64,000 bases of DNA from a virus (IMGVR_UViG_2706796476_000001:87418-151417); one strand, 5' to 3'; shown: positions 9,097 through 19,424, counted from the stretch's first letter. Translations and numbers: made by a program. The notes: generated from the sequence alone by a model not told the origin.

Positions 9097-9952
9097 TTTC
9101 GTGCTCCTCCTCTTCGTTATTGACATGGACTTTAACTTGAATATGTTCAAGTATTGCATCAGTAAGCGGAGCGTCTAAACTATAAGAAGACGTGTAGGAT
9201 ACAATCGTCTCTCTACCGTATAAAAGTTCCGGCTTAGCATCTGTCTCTATCGGTATCTCCTCAGTTTGACCAAACTGTAGCTTTTGAAGCTGGAAGTTGT
9301 TACTCTCTTCTTTGTTGCTTCTCATGAGGATCATGATAGCTTTTATGATCAAGTCAAGGCACCTTACCGTGTCCATGTTTGTGGATATCGCAAGAATAGA
9401 GTACTGTTCTGTAGCGGTGAACCCTTGTTTGAAACCAACTTCTTCGTCTCTCTTAGCTTCGTAGTTGACAGTTACAGGCATATTAACTAAGCTTTCATCA
9501 TAAGCGAAGTAGATTCGTCTACCTTGCTTTGTCATGTTATCCGTAGTAGAGAAAATAATCTCTTGGACATTGACAAGCTCTCCTATAACTTGCTCCACCT
9601 CTATGTACAACCTTGTTTTGTCATCCGTCTCTTTAATTATAGCAGATTCAGTAATTAACCCGCCTTCACTAAACTGATAGGTGCCTTCAAGGTTACCCAT
9701 ACTTGTGAAAGACTCAGCGCCTTCTCGGAGTCCAATGTAGATAGCTCCACGCTGCGTGTGCTTGTCTTGAGGCATAGCGTATACTATAGGTATCTCGTTG
9801 ACTGTATCACCCGTATAAGCGTTTATAAAGTTGTTTGCAATATTGGGCTGTACGCCTTTTAATATTTCCTCTATAATATAACGGTTCTCGAGAATAATTT
9901 TTAGTTTCTCCTCGATTTGGTCATGTAAATAAGTGTCAACACTTACTATCAC
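9089..9952 (-). CDS. Virion neck/tail-completion protein
   Basis: Synteny between capsid and sheath genes in Herelleviridae. Confidence 0.65.
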   Translation of the reverse strand: MIVSVDTYLHDQIEEKLKIILENRYIIEEILKGVQPNIANNFINAYTGDTVNEIPIVYAMPQDKHTQRGAIYIGLREGAESFTSMGNLEGTYQFSEGGLITESAIIKETDDKTRLYIEVEQVIGELVNVQEIIFSTTDNMTKQGRRIYFAYDESLVNMPVTVNYEAKRDEEVGFKQGFTATEQYSILAISTNMDTVRCLDLIIKAIMILMRSNKEESNNFQLQKLQFGQTEEIPIETDAKPELLYGRETIVSYTSSYSLDAPLTDAILEHIQVKVHVNNEEEEHENG

Positions 9953-9964
9953 GAGTACTACCTC

Positions 9965-10603
9965 CTACTTCCAACCGTTCTTCATTTTCCACTTCATCAG
10001 TCTGTTGACGTTGCTGACAAACGTTTTAGAAGTGTCGTCAGAGTTAACCCGGTCTCTATTAATAATCCAGCTGCTTGCTGGGGACTTGTCTGATACAGTT
10101 CGGAATGCAACATATGTGTGCCTGTTCGTTCTTGTCTTCATTTTAGTAATGTTGTTCGACTTTGGTTGGTAGTTTAACATACTTGCTCCGGATTGCTGTC
10201 TACGATCATATAAGTAGTTAGAGACAACTGTTTTTTGCTCACTAGGGGCGATGTCAAAGGCGTTTAACTGCCTATACATCCTACTAGTCATGTCTCGTCT
10301 CTTGCGTCTTATAGGGACTCGTAGGTACCAACCTCCGCCTTTCTTCATGTGTTTATGAGAACTACGAGAGAAGTACTGCTTGAGGTCTATTACTCCCAGC
10401 TTATCTAAACGTTTCTCAGTCACTTGCAGATACTTAGGTTTCCGAGTAATCTCTACTTTGGTCCCTCTAGTATTCTGCTGGGACAGTGCTGCTGCCTCTG
10501 CCCCGGCATCTATGGTTTTCTGAATGAGGGCATTTCCTAAGTTTTTCATTGCCGACTTCGGTGCTTGTTGGTTTTTGAACAGCTTAGGTCTACGACTCTT
10601 CAA
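9965..10603 (-). CDS. Basic virion neck/head-completion protein
   Basis: Start revised to TTG 10603 after RBS GGAGGT; synteny. Confidence 0.6.
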   Translation of the reverse strand: MKSRRPKLFKNQQAPKSAMKNLGNALIQKTIDAGAEAAALSQQNTRGTKVEITRKPKYLQVTEKRLDKLGVIDLKQYFSRSSHKHMKKGGGWYLRVPIRRKRRDMTSRMYRQLNAFDIAPSEQKTVVSNYLYDRRQQSGASMLNYQPKSNNITKMKTRTNRHTYVAFRTVSDKSPASSWIINRDRVNSDDTSKTFVSNVNRLMKWKMKNGWK

Positions 10604-11432
10604 GACGATTACCTCCGTTTCTGAAGAAGCCGTTAAGCCCGTCAGTGGAAGGTTTACGTTTCGGATCAATCATTTCCTGTACTTCTTCGTTACTTGCTCC
10701 TAGCTCGAATGCCTCTTTATCAATAAATATGTCTTCTCTTTTTAGAAGAAGTTTCTGCTGCATCCGTTCAGCTTTTACTTGTTGAGTCGGTGCGTACCGG
10801 TGCTCTTTGAGTAGGTCCGCTACCATGTATCTTAAAGTTGTCATAATGTTTATGGAGATGACTTTACCTTTTAACTTTTCGTTAGGGAAAAACAAGTTGC
10901 TCTTAAAGTCCACGGTGTAGTCTTGTCCTTCAACCAGCTCGCCATTAATTGACATAGCTAAGGTAATTTCTTTAACATCGTACACCATAAAAAATCCATT
11001 CTTGATCCGTCTGTCTGAGACGTCGAAAATAAAGGACTGTGACACGCTAGTATGCGGTAACGTTATCCGATCTCGGAACGATATTGTTAACGATCTGTCT
11101 TGCGGAGTGCCGATGGCTGTCCCGGAATCCATGAGTCCTAGGTCCCCGTTAAATAAACCTTTCTCCTGAGATTGCACCATAAGGTCAATACGGATAGGAG
11201 GGAGATAACCAATTCCCCTCCCTCTACAAATTTTGCAGGACTGATTTGGCTGTCTCGTACTACGGTCTCGGCAAGGGCAAAGATAGGATCGTTCCCAAAG
11301 GGCGGGCATACTGACATTGAGTGTTGCAGCGTCAAGCATATCTGCCCTTATGTTAGCTTGGGACATAGACCCATTAATAGCAGGTCTCTCAGTAGCTGGT
11401 GTACTTCCCAGTATCGCTGGTCTCTCTGACAT
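10590..11432 (-). CDS. Head-tail connector/neck protein
   Basis: LWERSYLCPC...CKICRGRG zinc motif typical of this Herelleviridae neck protein. Confidence 0.7.
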   Translation of the reverse strand: MSERPAILGSTPATERPAINGSMSQANIRADMLDAATLNVSMPALWERSYLCPCRDRSTRQPNQSCKICRGRGIGYLPPIRIDLMVQSQEKGLFNGDLGLMDSGTAIGTPQDRSLTISFRDRITLPHTSVSQSFIFDVSDRRIKNGFFMVYDVKEITLAMSINGELVEGQDYTVDFKSNLFFPNEKLKGKVISINIMTTLRYMVADLLKEHRYAPTQQVKAERMQQKLLLKREDIFIDKEAFELGASNEEVQEMIDPKRKPSTDGLNGFFRNGGNRLEES

Positions 11433-11445
11433 GATTTACCCTCCT

Positions 11446-12318
11446 TTAGATAAGTCCTAGATTGCTTCCGTAGTATGATTTTAAGCCTACACGGAGCTTC
11501 TCGATATCTTCGTTGAGCTGAACAATATCTGCCGATGCTCCACCATACATAGCACTTTGAGTGGTGTCGATACTTTGTGAAATTCCATCAATGTCTATCG
11601 ACATATTCGCAATACCCGCACCAATGATGAGTCTTCCCCACTGCTCGAACACTTCTTTAAGAGCTAGCTTAATGATCATATTCCATAAGTCAGGGTGCAT
11701 TTCATTAGGTGCTGTAACTCCTCGTCTTGACGGTGGAAGCATTCCAGCCACATATTCCACATGGAACATTTGAGGAGCGTAGTGTCTTCCGCTTGTTTGT
11801 GGCAGCCCGGATATAGCAGGGTAACCAGTAAAAGCTTGAACTAGAGATAGTCCATCATTACCTCCGGAGAGCAGCGTATTCGGCATCATTTGTAGATGTC
11901 CCGGAAGATTATATACTCTCCACCATCGAGTAGGATATCTGTATAATGTTCCTTCTCCGTATTCAAGGGTAACTTTCTCTACCTGTAGAATAGGTTTGTG
12001 GAAAGTGTGTATAAACGTGTAGCTAGTGTAATCGTTACTGTGGAAGTCGTGGTGCTCGGTCAGAACTCTAGGGAGGATTACGATGTCTAACATTTTCTCA
12101 GCTTGTGCAACAGCAGCCTCGATTTTAGATTCGTAGAACGCATCCGGTAGATATTCACCAGTCCTTGGATCAGTAACACTAACCCCGAAGTGGTTCAACT
12201 TTACAGCATCTGTAGTAAGCCCGTAGTCTTTCAGCGTGTATTTGTTTACATCCTCGAGGTTGATATTCTTGGGGTTATTGTGCCCATACGGTTGTCCCGT
12301 TTCTTCGTTAGTAAACAC
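11446..12318 (-). CDS. Head-tail adaptor protein
   Basis: C-terminal GAGIA..SIDIDGISQSIDTTQSAMYGGASA; synteny. Confidence 0.7.
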   Translation of the reverse strand: MFTNEETGQPYGHNNPKNINLEDVNKYTLKDYGLTTDAVKLNHFGVSVTDPRTGEYLPDAFYESKIEAAVAQAEKMLDIVILPRVLTEHHDFHSNDYTSYTFIHTFHKPILQVEKVTLEYGEGTLYRYPTRWWRVYNLPGHLQMMPNTLLSGGNDGLSLVQAFTGYPAISGLPQTSGRHYAPQMFHVEYVAGMLPPSRRGVTAPNEMHPDLWNMIIKLALKEVFEQWGRLIIGAGIANMSIDIDGISQSIDTTQSAMYGGASADIVQLNEDIEKLRVGLKSYYGSNLGLI

Positions 12319-12341
12319 GATCGTAACCCTCCTTAATTTTC

Positions 12342-12620
12342 TTACTTCTTACCAGTTTCTTTTTTAGCTGCTGGCTTTTTTTGTTTCTTTGGCTCTTCTT
12401 TCTTTTCTTCCTTAGCTGCTTCTTTCTTCTCTTCTTTTGCTTTCTCTACCTTTGTCTCTTTCTTTTCTTCCTTGGTGACGACTGTGTAGCCTGCCAAACC
12501 TTCGAAAGCCTTCTCTTGATCTGCTTTGAGATCGTGGCATTCACCTTTTTCGTTGAATGAAAGTTCTCCGAAAGAAGAAGCTACTTTAAGTCCTGCTAAA
12601 TTCTCGTTAATTAATGTCAT
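12342..12620 (-). CDS. Small K/E-rich protein after the capsid gene
   Basis: RBS present; conserved position after the major capsid gene. Confidence 0.75.
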   Translation of the reverse strand: MTLINENLAGLKVASSFGELSFNEKGECHDLKADQEKAFEGLAGYTVVTKEEKKETKVEKAKEEKKEAAKEEKKEEPKKQKKPAAKKETGKK

Positions 12621-12641
12621 GTTTTTTCCTCTCCTTTAAAT

Positions 12642-12672
12642 AAAAAGGGAGCAGATTTTCTGTCTGCTCCCT
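12642..12672 (-). terminator. Intrinsic terminator after the major capsid gene
   Basis: GGGAGCAGA...TCTGCTCCC followed by a U-tract. Confidence 0.8.
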
Positions 12673-12701
12673 ATGAATTTTTCTATTTAGTTATGTTCTG
12701 C

Positions 12702-14123
12702 TTATTGCGTGATTGAAGTTTCAGCCGCTAGTGCAGGGATATAACGAACGTTCTTGATGCGAACCCATTTCTTAGGAGCATAAAGTGCAAGAGCTCCGTA
12801 CCATAACACAGTGAACGTGTTTGTAGCGTTCATTTGTGCAAGAGGCATTTTCATCATAGGTAGCAATTGAAGCAAGCTAATAACGTTAGGGCTCATCTCA
12901 CCAACGAAGACATCAGTTGTTTCAGGGATGACATCGTTTGTATCAGTGAAGACGATTTGGCTGTTCTCGTTAGCTTTAGAAGCTGGTACACGAGCAATTT
13001 GGAAGTAGTGTCCAGTTGTTGCACCCTTACGGTAGATTGTAATGAACTGAGGAGTAGCTTGGTACATAGGCTGTAAAGATACTGTAAGTTCTACTGCATC
13101 AGTGTTGTTTGTGATTGTAGCTTCTACTGCTTCAGTAGAAACAGACTCAGCGCCTTCAGCGTGTACTACAACTTTGTAAGAAAGTACATTGTCTTCGTCT
13201 TTGTTGAACTGTCCTTTAGCGTTAGTCTTAACAGCTGCTTTAACTTCACGAGCTGGAAGTGGAGCGTTTTGCTCAGGCATACGGTTTTCGATAAGAACGT
13301 TGTCGTTCTCCATGATTGTAGAACCGTGTAACGTGATTTTACCTCGGCTTGAAAGGAACTCAGTTACTGCGAAACCAGTAGACATTCCGCCTTCAGCAGA
13401 TGGCATAAGCGCTCTTTGACGGTTAAGTAAGCTGTTTGTAAAGTCAGCTTGTACACCGATAGGCATGAACGCATCAGTAGCGATACCGTAACCTTTACCA
13501 ACGATAACAGATGCTTTGTTAAGGATTTGTTCAGTAAGTCCTTCGCCTCGAATGTCAAGAACGTTAGTCTTCTGATCAATAAGTTTGTGTAAACCGTCAA
13601 ACTCTAGTCCTGCTTGGTCGTCTAACTCGTTAGATAGAGCAGCGTCTCCGTAGAATGTAGCCCACTCAATAGTCTTAGCAAGAACTGATACAGCGTCTTG
13701 CGTTAAGAAAGTCATTGGGTCGGCAACGTTACGAACCAAACCAGCTGCAAGAGATTGTTGTTTAGTGTCAGATAAGAACTTCATGCGAACGGTCTTTTGA
13801 CGTAAGTTCGGAGAGTTGATTGGTGCTACGCCAACCTCACGTACGAAACGGCTTGCACCAGTACGTCCGTGTTGCTGGAAGATTGGGTACTGGAATACAG
13901 TACTTGTTACTTGAGACTTGTTCAACATTGGATAGATCGTGAAATCATCGTTACCCCAAGTTAGTACATGTACCTCATCATCAAGTAGTTCGTATCGTAA
14001 AGCTGCTGCGTCATGTTGATCGTCTGAGTTAATTGAATAACCAGTCGTGAAAGTCTTTTGAAGGAACTCAACAGCTTCATTTGGTAAGTCTGCTTGTCCT
14101 TTTTGGAATTTTGAATCGCTCAT
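12702..14123 (-). CDS. Major capsid protein
   Basis: KTFTTGY...AAALRYELLD processing-site motif; C-terminal VLWYGALALYAPKKWVRIKNV. Confidence 0.97.
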   Translation of the reverse strand: MSDSKFQKGQADLPNEAVEFLQKTFTTGYSINSDDQHDAAALRYELLDDEVHVLTWGNDDFTIYPMLNKSQVTSTVFQYPIFQQHGRTGASRFVREVGVAPINSPNLRQKTVRMKFLSDTKQQSLAAGLVRNVADPMTFLTQDAVSVLAKTIEWATFYGDAALSNELDDQAGLEFDGLHKLIDQKTNVLDIRGEGLTEQILNKASVIVGKGYGIATDAFMPIGVQADFTNSLLNRQRALMPSAEGGMSTGFAVTEFLSSRGKITLHGSTIMENDNVLIENRMPEQNAPLPAREVKAAVKTNAKGQFNKDEDNVLSYKVVVHAEGAESVSTEAVEATITNNTDAVELTVSLQPMYQATPQFITIYRKGATTGHYFQIARVPASKANENSQIVFTDTNDVIPETTDVFVGEMSPNVISLLQLLPMMKMPLAQMNATNTFTVLWYGALALYAPKKWVRIKNVRYIPALAAETSITQ

Positions 14124-14238
14124 TTATGTATCTTCCCTTCTATCCTTATGTATAATTTTCGGAATATTCAGATAAAGGAGACTAGAAAGTTAGGAGGAAG
14201 GAACTCTCTAGTCAAAACCCTTTAAGGTGTTCTGCTAA

Positions 14239-14248
14239 TAATATAGCA
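14239..14248 (-). promoter_or_regulatory. Late promoter motif TGCTATATTA (capsid gene)
   Basis: Same 10-mer as at 3875 and 16066. Confidence 0.7.
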
Positions 14249-14252
14249 CTTG

Positions 14253-15200
14253 TTACTGATTTTTTTGGTCTTTTACGATTTCTTTGAAAACATCAATGTC
14301 CTGTGGTGTAGGATATCCTCGCTTAACACGAGATACTGCTTGGAAAACAGTGTTTCTATCACCTGCACTGATAGTTTTAGCATTTTTATCGCAGTAAGCA
14401 ATAACGTCTTTAATATGTTGCCTTGGGTCAAAGACCTTTTCTTTAGGCTCTTCTGCCACTTCTTCTTGAGTTTCTGCTTCAGCAGACTCTTCAGTCGAAG
14501 CTTCAGGTACACCAGCTGCTCCATCAATAACTGACTTTGTAACATACTCAGCTGCTTTGCCTTCCGGAACTTCTTCTTCGGACTTGACAACAACCTCTTC
14601 CCCTTCAGAGAAAGAATTATTGCTATCGTTAATGACAACAGAACCTTCGGGTTTACTAACAGCTTTAAGAACTGCTTCAAGAGTCTTTTTCATACTCTCG
14701 ACTTCTTTAGCTAACTCAGCATGAGAGTTGTGAACTTTACCGTAAGACTTAACTACGGATTCAAAGACTTGAACAACATCCTCAGTTACTGCGAGCTCGT
14801 ATGCGCTCTTCTTAACCGCTTCTTCGTCCTCTTCTTTCTCTTTTGCTTTGTCTTTCTTTTTACCTTTATCTGCTTTCTTGTCTTTCTTTGCAGGCTCGTC
14901 TTTCTCATCCTTGTCTTCTGCTTCTTCGTCTTTCGACTTTTCAACAGTTTCAGCTTCTTCGGATTCTTCGACAACCTCTTCAGCCGCTTCTTCCTCTTTA
15001 GCCTCTTCGACAACCTCGGATTTTTCTTCTTCTTTTACTTCTTCCGCTTTCTCTTGCTCTTTTGCTTCTTCTTTCTCTTCAGCGGCTTCAACTTTTTCAA
15101 CGTCTTCTTTAACTTCGGCTTCGTCACTTTTTTCGATTGGCTGTTCCACAGCTTCATCTAACTCTTCAGCGATCTGCTTAAGTGATAATTCTTTACCCAT
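14253..15200 (-). CDS. Putative capsid scaffolding protein
   Basis: Very E/K-rich, with repeated xxKS motifs; lies between protease and capsid genes. Confidence 0.7.
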   Translation of the reverse strand: MGKELSLKQIAEELDEAVEQPIEKSDEAEVKEDVEKVEAAEEKEEAKEQEKAEEVKEEEKSEVVEEAKEEEAAEEVVEESEEAETVEKSKDEEAEDKDEKDEPAKKDKKADKGKKKDKAKEKEEDEEAVKKSAYELAVTEDVVQVFESVVKSYGKVHNSHAELAKEVESMKKTLEAVLKAVSKPEGSVVINDSNNSFSEGEEVVVKSEEEVPEGKAAEYVTKSVIDGAAGVPEASTEESAEAETQEEVAEEPKEKVFDPRQHIKDVIAYCDKNAKTISAGDRNTVFQAVSRVKRGYPTPQDIDVFKEIVKDQKNQ

Positions 15201-15204
15201 TTGT

Positions 15205-15996
15205 CTACTCCTCTCTTGCTCTTAAAATTTGATCAACTTTTTTAATTGCTTCTGTTCTTGACATCCCTTTTGCGAGCTGTAAGAATACTACAGCACTCTC
15301 AGGAGAAGTCCGTCCCATTGCATCTAAGTAACTGCCTACGTCTTTCCACATTGTCTCAAAGTCTTTCTTGTTTTCGAAGTACTTGTAAGACTGAGCTAAG
15401 TTGTGTATACTACGCCCGAAAGATTCTACTCGAAGAGCAGCAGCATCTACTTGTTTATCAGGGCTAATTTCATACCCTGTTATAAAGCTTTTTGCAAAAG
15501 CTTCCCATCCAGTCTGAGGATTAGCTGGATTTGTAGTTACAGCGACATTTGTAATCATACACTCTCTGATAATTCGTTTGTCCTGCGGGTCCCGTTTTTT
15601 AACGAAACCTTCAATAGAGAATCCTAACGGACGATGAATGCCGGACTTCTTAACTTCTTGAGCGTGATTCCACATTTCTACTGCGTAAGGGTTGCCTTTA
15701 TAAAGCTTCCCTTCTATAAACAGACCAACATCATCTACATAACAGTTTTCAGTAGGAACCCCAATAATGAAGTCCTTACCTCTCTCGTGCTCGTAGTTGA
15801 GATATCCCTGTTCTATGAAGTAATTAATTGATAATCCTTTAGGGTCTACAATATCGTCCTGTAAATCGAGATCAGGAGTAGTAGCGTAGCCTTTAAGGTA
15901 CCATGATTTTTCTTGAGGATCGGCAGAATTTTTCTTAACCGTTTCTTCTAGGTCAATAGGAACAAAAACCTCTACCTTTTTACTAAGAGCTTCCAA
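15205..15996 (-). CDS. Prohead protease
   Basis: GYATTPDLDLQDD, YEH, GFSIEG and NVAVTTNPAN motifs. Confidence 0.92.
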   Translation of the reverse strand: MEALSKKVEVFVPIDLEETVKKNSADPQEKSWYLKGYATTPDLDLQDDIVDPKGLSINYFIEQGYLNYEHERGKDFIIGVPTENCYVDDVGLFIEGKLYKGNPYAVEMWNHAQEVKKSGIHRPLGFSIEGFVKKRDPQDKRIIRECMITNVAVTTNPANPQTGWEAFAKSFITGYEISPDKQVDAAALRVESFGRSIHNLAQSYKYFENKKDFETMWKDVGSYLDAMGRTSPESAVVFLQLAKGMSRTEAIKKVDQILRAREE

Positions 15997-16065
15997 GGGC
16001 TTTCCTCCCTTCTATCATAACATAGTTTGATGTTTTACCCTTCGTTACATAAATGTTACTGTCCA

Positions 16066-16075
16066 TAATATAGCA
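16066..16075 (-). promoter_or_regulatory. Late promoter motif TGCTATATTA (protease gene)
   Basis: Same 10-mer as at 3875 and 14239. Confidence 0.7.
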
Positions 16076-16114
16076 GATACACTACTTAGTTACGGAAAAG
16101 GGCATGACCGGGAA

Positions 16115-17770
16115 TTATGCTTCCCAGTCATTAACTACATTACCGTTGTCGTCTTTGCCGCCTTGCGGAGTGGCATTCGTGTTATTGTGGTGTTTAGACT
16201 GTCCGTCTTTACCGACATCTTGATTGAACGAATCTTTACCATTTACATTGTCCATATTCCCGTTATAACCGGTTTGCTGGGCTATAAACTGGTTAGCGTC
16301 CATCTGACGTTGGTATTCTAGTTGTTTCTCTTGAATGATTTGTCCAAGACGCTGTACGTGTACACCTGCAAGGGTTACATCTCCACCATCAACTTCAGGA
16401 TAACCAAGTTCTTTACGAACATCGTTAATTGTAAGTCCGATTTTAGCCTTAGACTCAAGAATAGAAATAATTTCTGCTTCTGTTTTGGCATCTCCACCAA
16501 CAAAGTTAAATACGTACTTCTCTCCAAACTGCGACACTATGTATTTGTTAACAGCATCCTCAATGAATTTCAATAGAGGTTCTAGTCCTTTGTCTTTAGA
16601 GTTACGGTACTTCTCAGCACTGCTGCCTTCATTCAGAGTATTACCGGAATGACCCGTTGCTCCTCCTCTGTTCGGGAAGTTTATTTCTGATGGGTCGATA
16701 GAATAGATAGAACAGATAACGTTGATTAGATAGTTAAGCCATTTCTCAAACTCCATGTCTTTAGAAGACTGAGTCATGTTGACGAATTTGACATCCTCAG
16801 CAGTAATAACAGGGATTTTCCATGCTCCGTTGATTCCACTAAACATTGACGTCCATTCTCTTCTGAAGGCGTTTAGAGCTTGGTTAGATTGTTCTTGTCC
16901 TGTTTTAATATGTAGTAGTCCTCGAGTTGTCCCGCCTTGAGCAAAGAACCGAGCATTAAACACTTCGGTGTTGTCATGGTACTGGAGGTGATTTAGAGCG
17001 ATCTCTAGTTCCGGGTACCCATATTTACCGATTGTTAAATCTGTTCTAGGGTTACTTACTTCCCACGCCATTTCTTTTGCCTTGAACTCTGCGACTACCT
17101 TATCGTCTATAACTTGTACATAGCGTGTACCATCTTTAGCTTTTCGTTCCTTGCCATCTTCATCTACTGCTACGTATATAGTTGAGGCATCCACAGCCTT
17201 GAAGTTGTGCAACTTCTTGTCTTTAGAGTAGACTAGTTCAAAGTTAATCTTATCGTAGGTTAACCGATCTCGAACAAGCTTCTTTACAAATGAGCGGAAG
17301 TTATCTCGAGTGAAATCATTCTCGATCCATCCAGTATTTTCGATAAACTTCTCGATCTCTTTAATCTTCGTAATATTATGTTCGTTTGGCTCCTCTAGAG
17401 GGTCTTTAAGCCTAATCTCGTACCCTACACCTTTATCACTATTGCGAGCAGGTGTACAGAACATGGAAACTTGGTTCACCCGTGTTATAATAATCGCATT
17501 CAGGATAATGTTCTTTCTCGACCACATCTTCAGCAGCTGAAGGAGATTCTGCTTGCCATGAATGGAAGGGGCGTCCCTATACTCAGGGTTCATGGACAGA
17601 CTACCAATGATGGGCTCTTCGTAAGCCTTGGGCTTATCCGACTTGGAAGTTTTCCCTTTTATAAGGATTGCCTCGTCTTCTATCTGCTTGATTCGTATAG
17701 CCATGTCTTGATCAATATTAATGACTTCTTCTTCTTTTTTACTTTTGAATAAAGTATCAAACAATCCCAT
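16115..17770 (-). CDS. Portal protein
   Basis: 551 aa; FFAQGGTTRGLL, DMEFEKWLNYLINVICSIYSIDPSEINF. Confidence 0.95.
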   Translation of the reverse strand: MGLFDTLFKSKKEEEVINIDQDMAIRIKQIEDEAILIKGKTSKSDKPKAYEEPIIGSLSMNPEYRDAPSIHGKQNLLQLLKMWSRKNIILNAIIITRVNQVSMFCTPARNSDKGVGYEIRLKDPLEEPNEHNITKIKEIEKFIENTGWIENDFTRDNFRSFVKKLVRDRLTYDKINFELVYSKDKKLHNFKAVDASTIYVAVDEDGKERKAKDGTRYVQVIDDKVVAEFKAKEMAWEVSNPRTDLTIGKYGYPELEIALNHLQYHDNTEVFNARFFAQGGTTRGLLHIKTGQEQSNQALNAFRREWTSMFSGINGAWKIPVITAEDVKFVNMTQSSKDMEFEKWLNYLINVICSIYSIDPSEINFPNRGGATGHSGNTLNEGSSAEKYRNSKDKGLEPLLKFIEDAVNKYIVSQFGEKYVFNFVGGDAKTEAEIISILESKAKIGLTINDVRKELGYPEVDGGDVTLAGVHVQRLGQIIQEKQLEYQRQMDANQFIAQQTGYNGNMDNVNGKDSFNQDVGKDGQSKHHNNTNATPQGGKDDNGNVVNDWEA

Positions 17771-17800
17771 GTGTATATCACATCCAATCTTTCTTTACTA

Positions 17801-18058
17801 CTAGCTGTATTTGAAAACTTTGCGGCTGCTTAGAACTGTATCGTAGTCTTTCTCAACTTCCGCACCTACTGAGTCTGTAAGTAATACTGTGTCATTGTCA
17901 ATAATTGCTTGTATTTTTAACATTTCACCGTTTATAACAGCGAAAACAGAAATATCCTTGCCCTGAATATCGTGGTAGTAGGATACTACTTCAATCCAGT
18001 CAAGATGACCTACAGCTCGTTTAGCTTCCATCCATTTTTTATCTTGGCTAAATTTCAT
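17801..18058 (-). CDS. Conserved hypothetical protein before the portal gene
   Basis: Start revised to ATG 18058 after AAGGAGG; late-type motif TCTTATATTA at 18075-18084. Confidence 0.75.
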   Translation of the reverse strand: MKFSQDKKWMEAKRAVGHLDWIEVVSYYHDIQGKDISVFAVINGEMLKIQAIIDNDTVLLTDSVGAEVEKDYDTVLSSRKVFKYS

Positions 18059-18191
18059 AACATCCTCCTTAATATAATATAAGACTAAGGTGTCTCTATT
18101 TACAATTATATCATACACAGGGGCTTACACTCTCTTCTCATATAAGGATAACAGAAAAACCACACCTTATTGGCGTGGTTTGTAGTAGTTA

Positions 18192-18578
18192 TTAACTTCG
18201 TCTAGCTCTTGGAGTTTCTATATGCCCATAAACACTTAAGTCCCTACCTTGCAGTCGTTCATCCTGCGACCATTCGTATTTCGTTTTGCCTTCGGCGTAC
18301 TTGGCATCGTTCCGTGTAAGAAAGAGAGCTGGGATACTAGGGAATCCTACCCATGTCGAGTGTTGAAAAAATCCTTCAGAGAATCCGTAAGTTTTACAGC
18401 AATGATCAACAAATTCTTGAGTCTCAGCTAATTCTTTTTCGAGTTCTTTGACTCTTTTTTGGTCATCAGCAATCTTTTCCTTCATCTGCTTAATCTGCTC
18501 TATGTGGCTTGGGATACGTCCTTCATACTCATCTTTAGCAATCTTAAACATCTTGTTTACGATTGTTGTGTCATTCAT
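18192..18578 (-). CDS. Hypothetical coiled-coil protein, paralog of 18571..18942
   Basis: Coiled coil followed by C..YGF..G...LF.....A..A...TK. Confidence 0.75.
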   Translation of the reverse strand: MNDTTIVNKMFKIAKDEYEGRIPSHIEQIKQMKEKIADDQKRVKELEKELAETQEFVDHCCKTYGFSEGFFQHSTWVGFPSIPALFLTRNDAKYAEGKTKYEWSQDERLQGRDLSVYGHIETPRARRS

Positions 18579-18942
18579 TTGGAAGTCTCCCTTCCTCTAC
18601 CAACAGTTTTGCTAGACTGTTTACCCCGGCAGACATAGATGCCTCCATCAGGAAGTCGTGTTTAGTCGTACGACTAGCTCGGTCTGCTGCCTCTTTGTCA
18701 TAAAATAGCTCTCCATTTCCAGCTAGGTCGTCTTTATAACCTCCAATAACAAAACCAAACATTTCACAAGCTGCTTTAACTGCTTCTCTGTTATTTTCTT
18801 GTTCATTTTTAAGCTTTGCTAAACTTGCTGCTGTTTCTTCCAATTCCTTCTCTAGTCTAGCAATTTCACAGTCTAGCTGACTTTCTCTGACTTTGTGGGT
18901 GTACCGCATGGTCTTAAATACCGTTTCTTTCAAATAGTCCAT
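18571..18942 (-). CDS. Hypothetical coiled-coil protein, paralog of 18192..18578
   Basis: RBS AAGGAGG; same motif order. Confidence 0.75.
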   Translation of the reverse strand: MDYLKETVFKTMRYTHKVRESQLDCEIARLEKELEETAASLAKLKNEQENNREAVKAACEMFGFVIGGYKDDLAGNGELFYDKEAADRASRTTKHDFLMEASMSAGVNSLAKLLVEEGRLPNE

Positions 18943-19024
18943 TTCGTCTTCCTCCTTATTTTAAAGCGAATTATCATCGTTATTTAAAGTGCCCTAGAAT
19001 CGAGATATGCTCCGTTTGTTGTTA

Positions 19025-19402
19025 TTAAGCATCCACGATTGGAAAGTGTATGCCATTTACAACAAATGATCCTACCGAGTAGTAGCACCCTCCATTACCC
19101 GAATCTGCATACATTTCAGCTAAAGCGATCGGATTTTGGTTGTGGTATAGTGTAACTTTAACTTCGTTTACATCCACGTCTTCATGCGGAATACTGACTT
19201 TTTCTCCAATTTCAACATTGGTAATAACTGCATCAAGTTTTACGTTACTGAACGTTCCATGCGCAAGAGCGCAACAGTCGTTTTCACTCATTTCAAGGGT
19301 AATAACTGTACCATCGTCTAACACAAGTTTATTGTGATCCCATTCCACAATCCGTTTATACAGTAAATGTTTGTTTAAGTCTTTTAAATCACCATAGTCC
19401 AT
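19025..19402 (-). CDS. Conserved phage hypothetical protein
   Basis: RBS present; DCCA and SGNGGCYYS motifs. Confidence 0.75.
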   Translation of the reverse strand: MDYGDLKDLNKHLLYKRIVEWDHNKLVLDDGTVITLEMSENDCCALAHGTFSNVKLDAVITNVEIGEKVSIPHEDVDVNEVKVTLYHNQNPIALAEMYADSGNGGCYYSVGSFVVNGIHFPIVDA

Positions 19403-19424
19403 TTCGTATTCCTCCTTTTTATGA

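Noticed and set aside
14250-15225. Phe/Ser-rich plus-strand ORFs and alternative-frame ORFs
   Set aside because: Shadows of the low-complexity E/K-rich scaffold gene.
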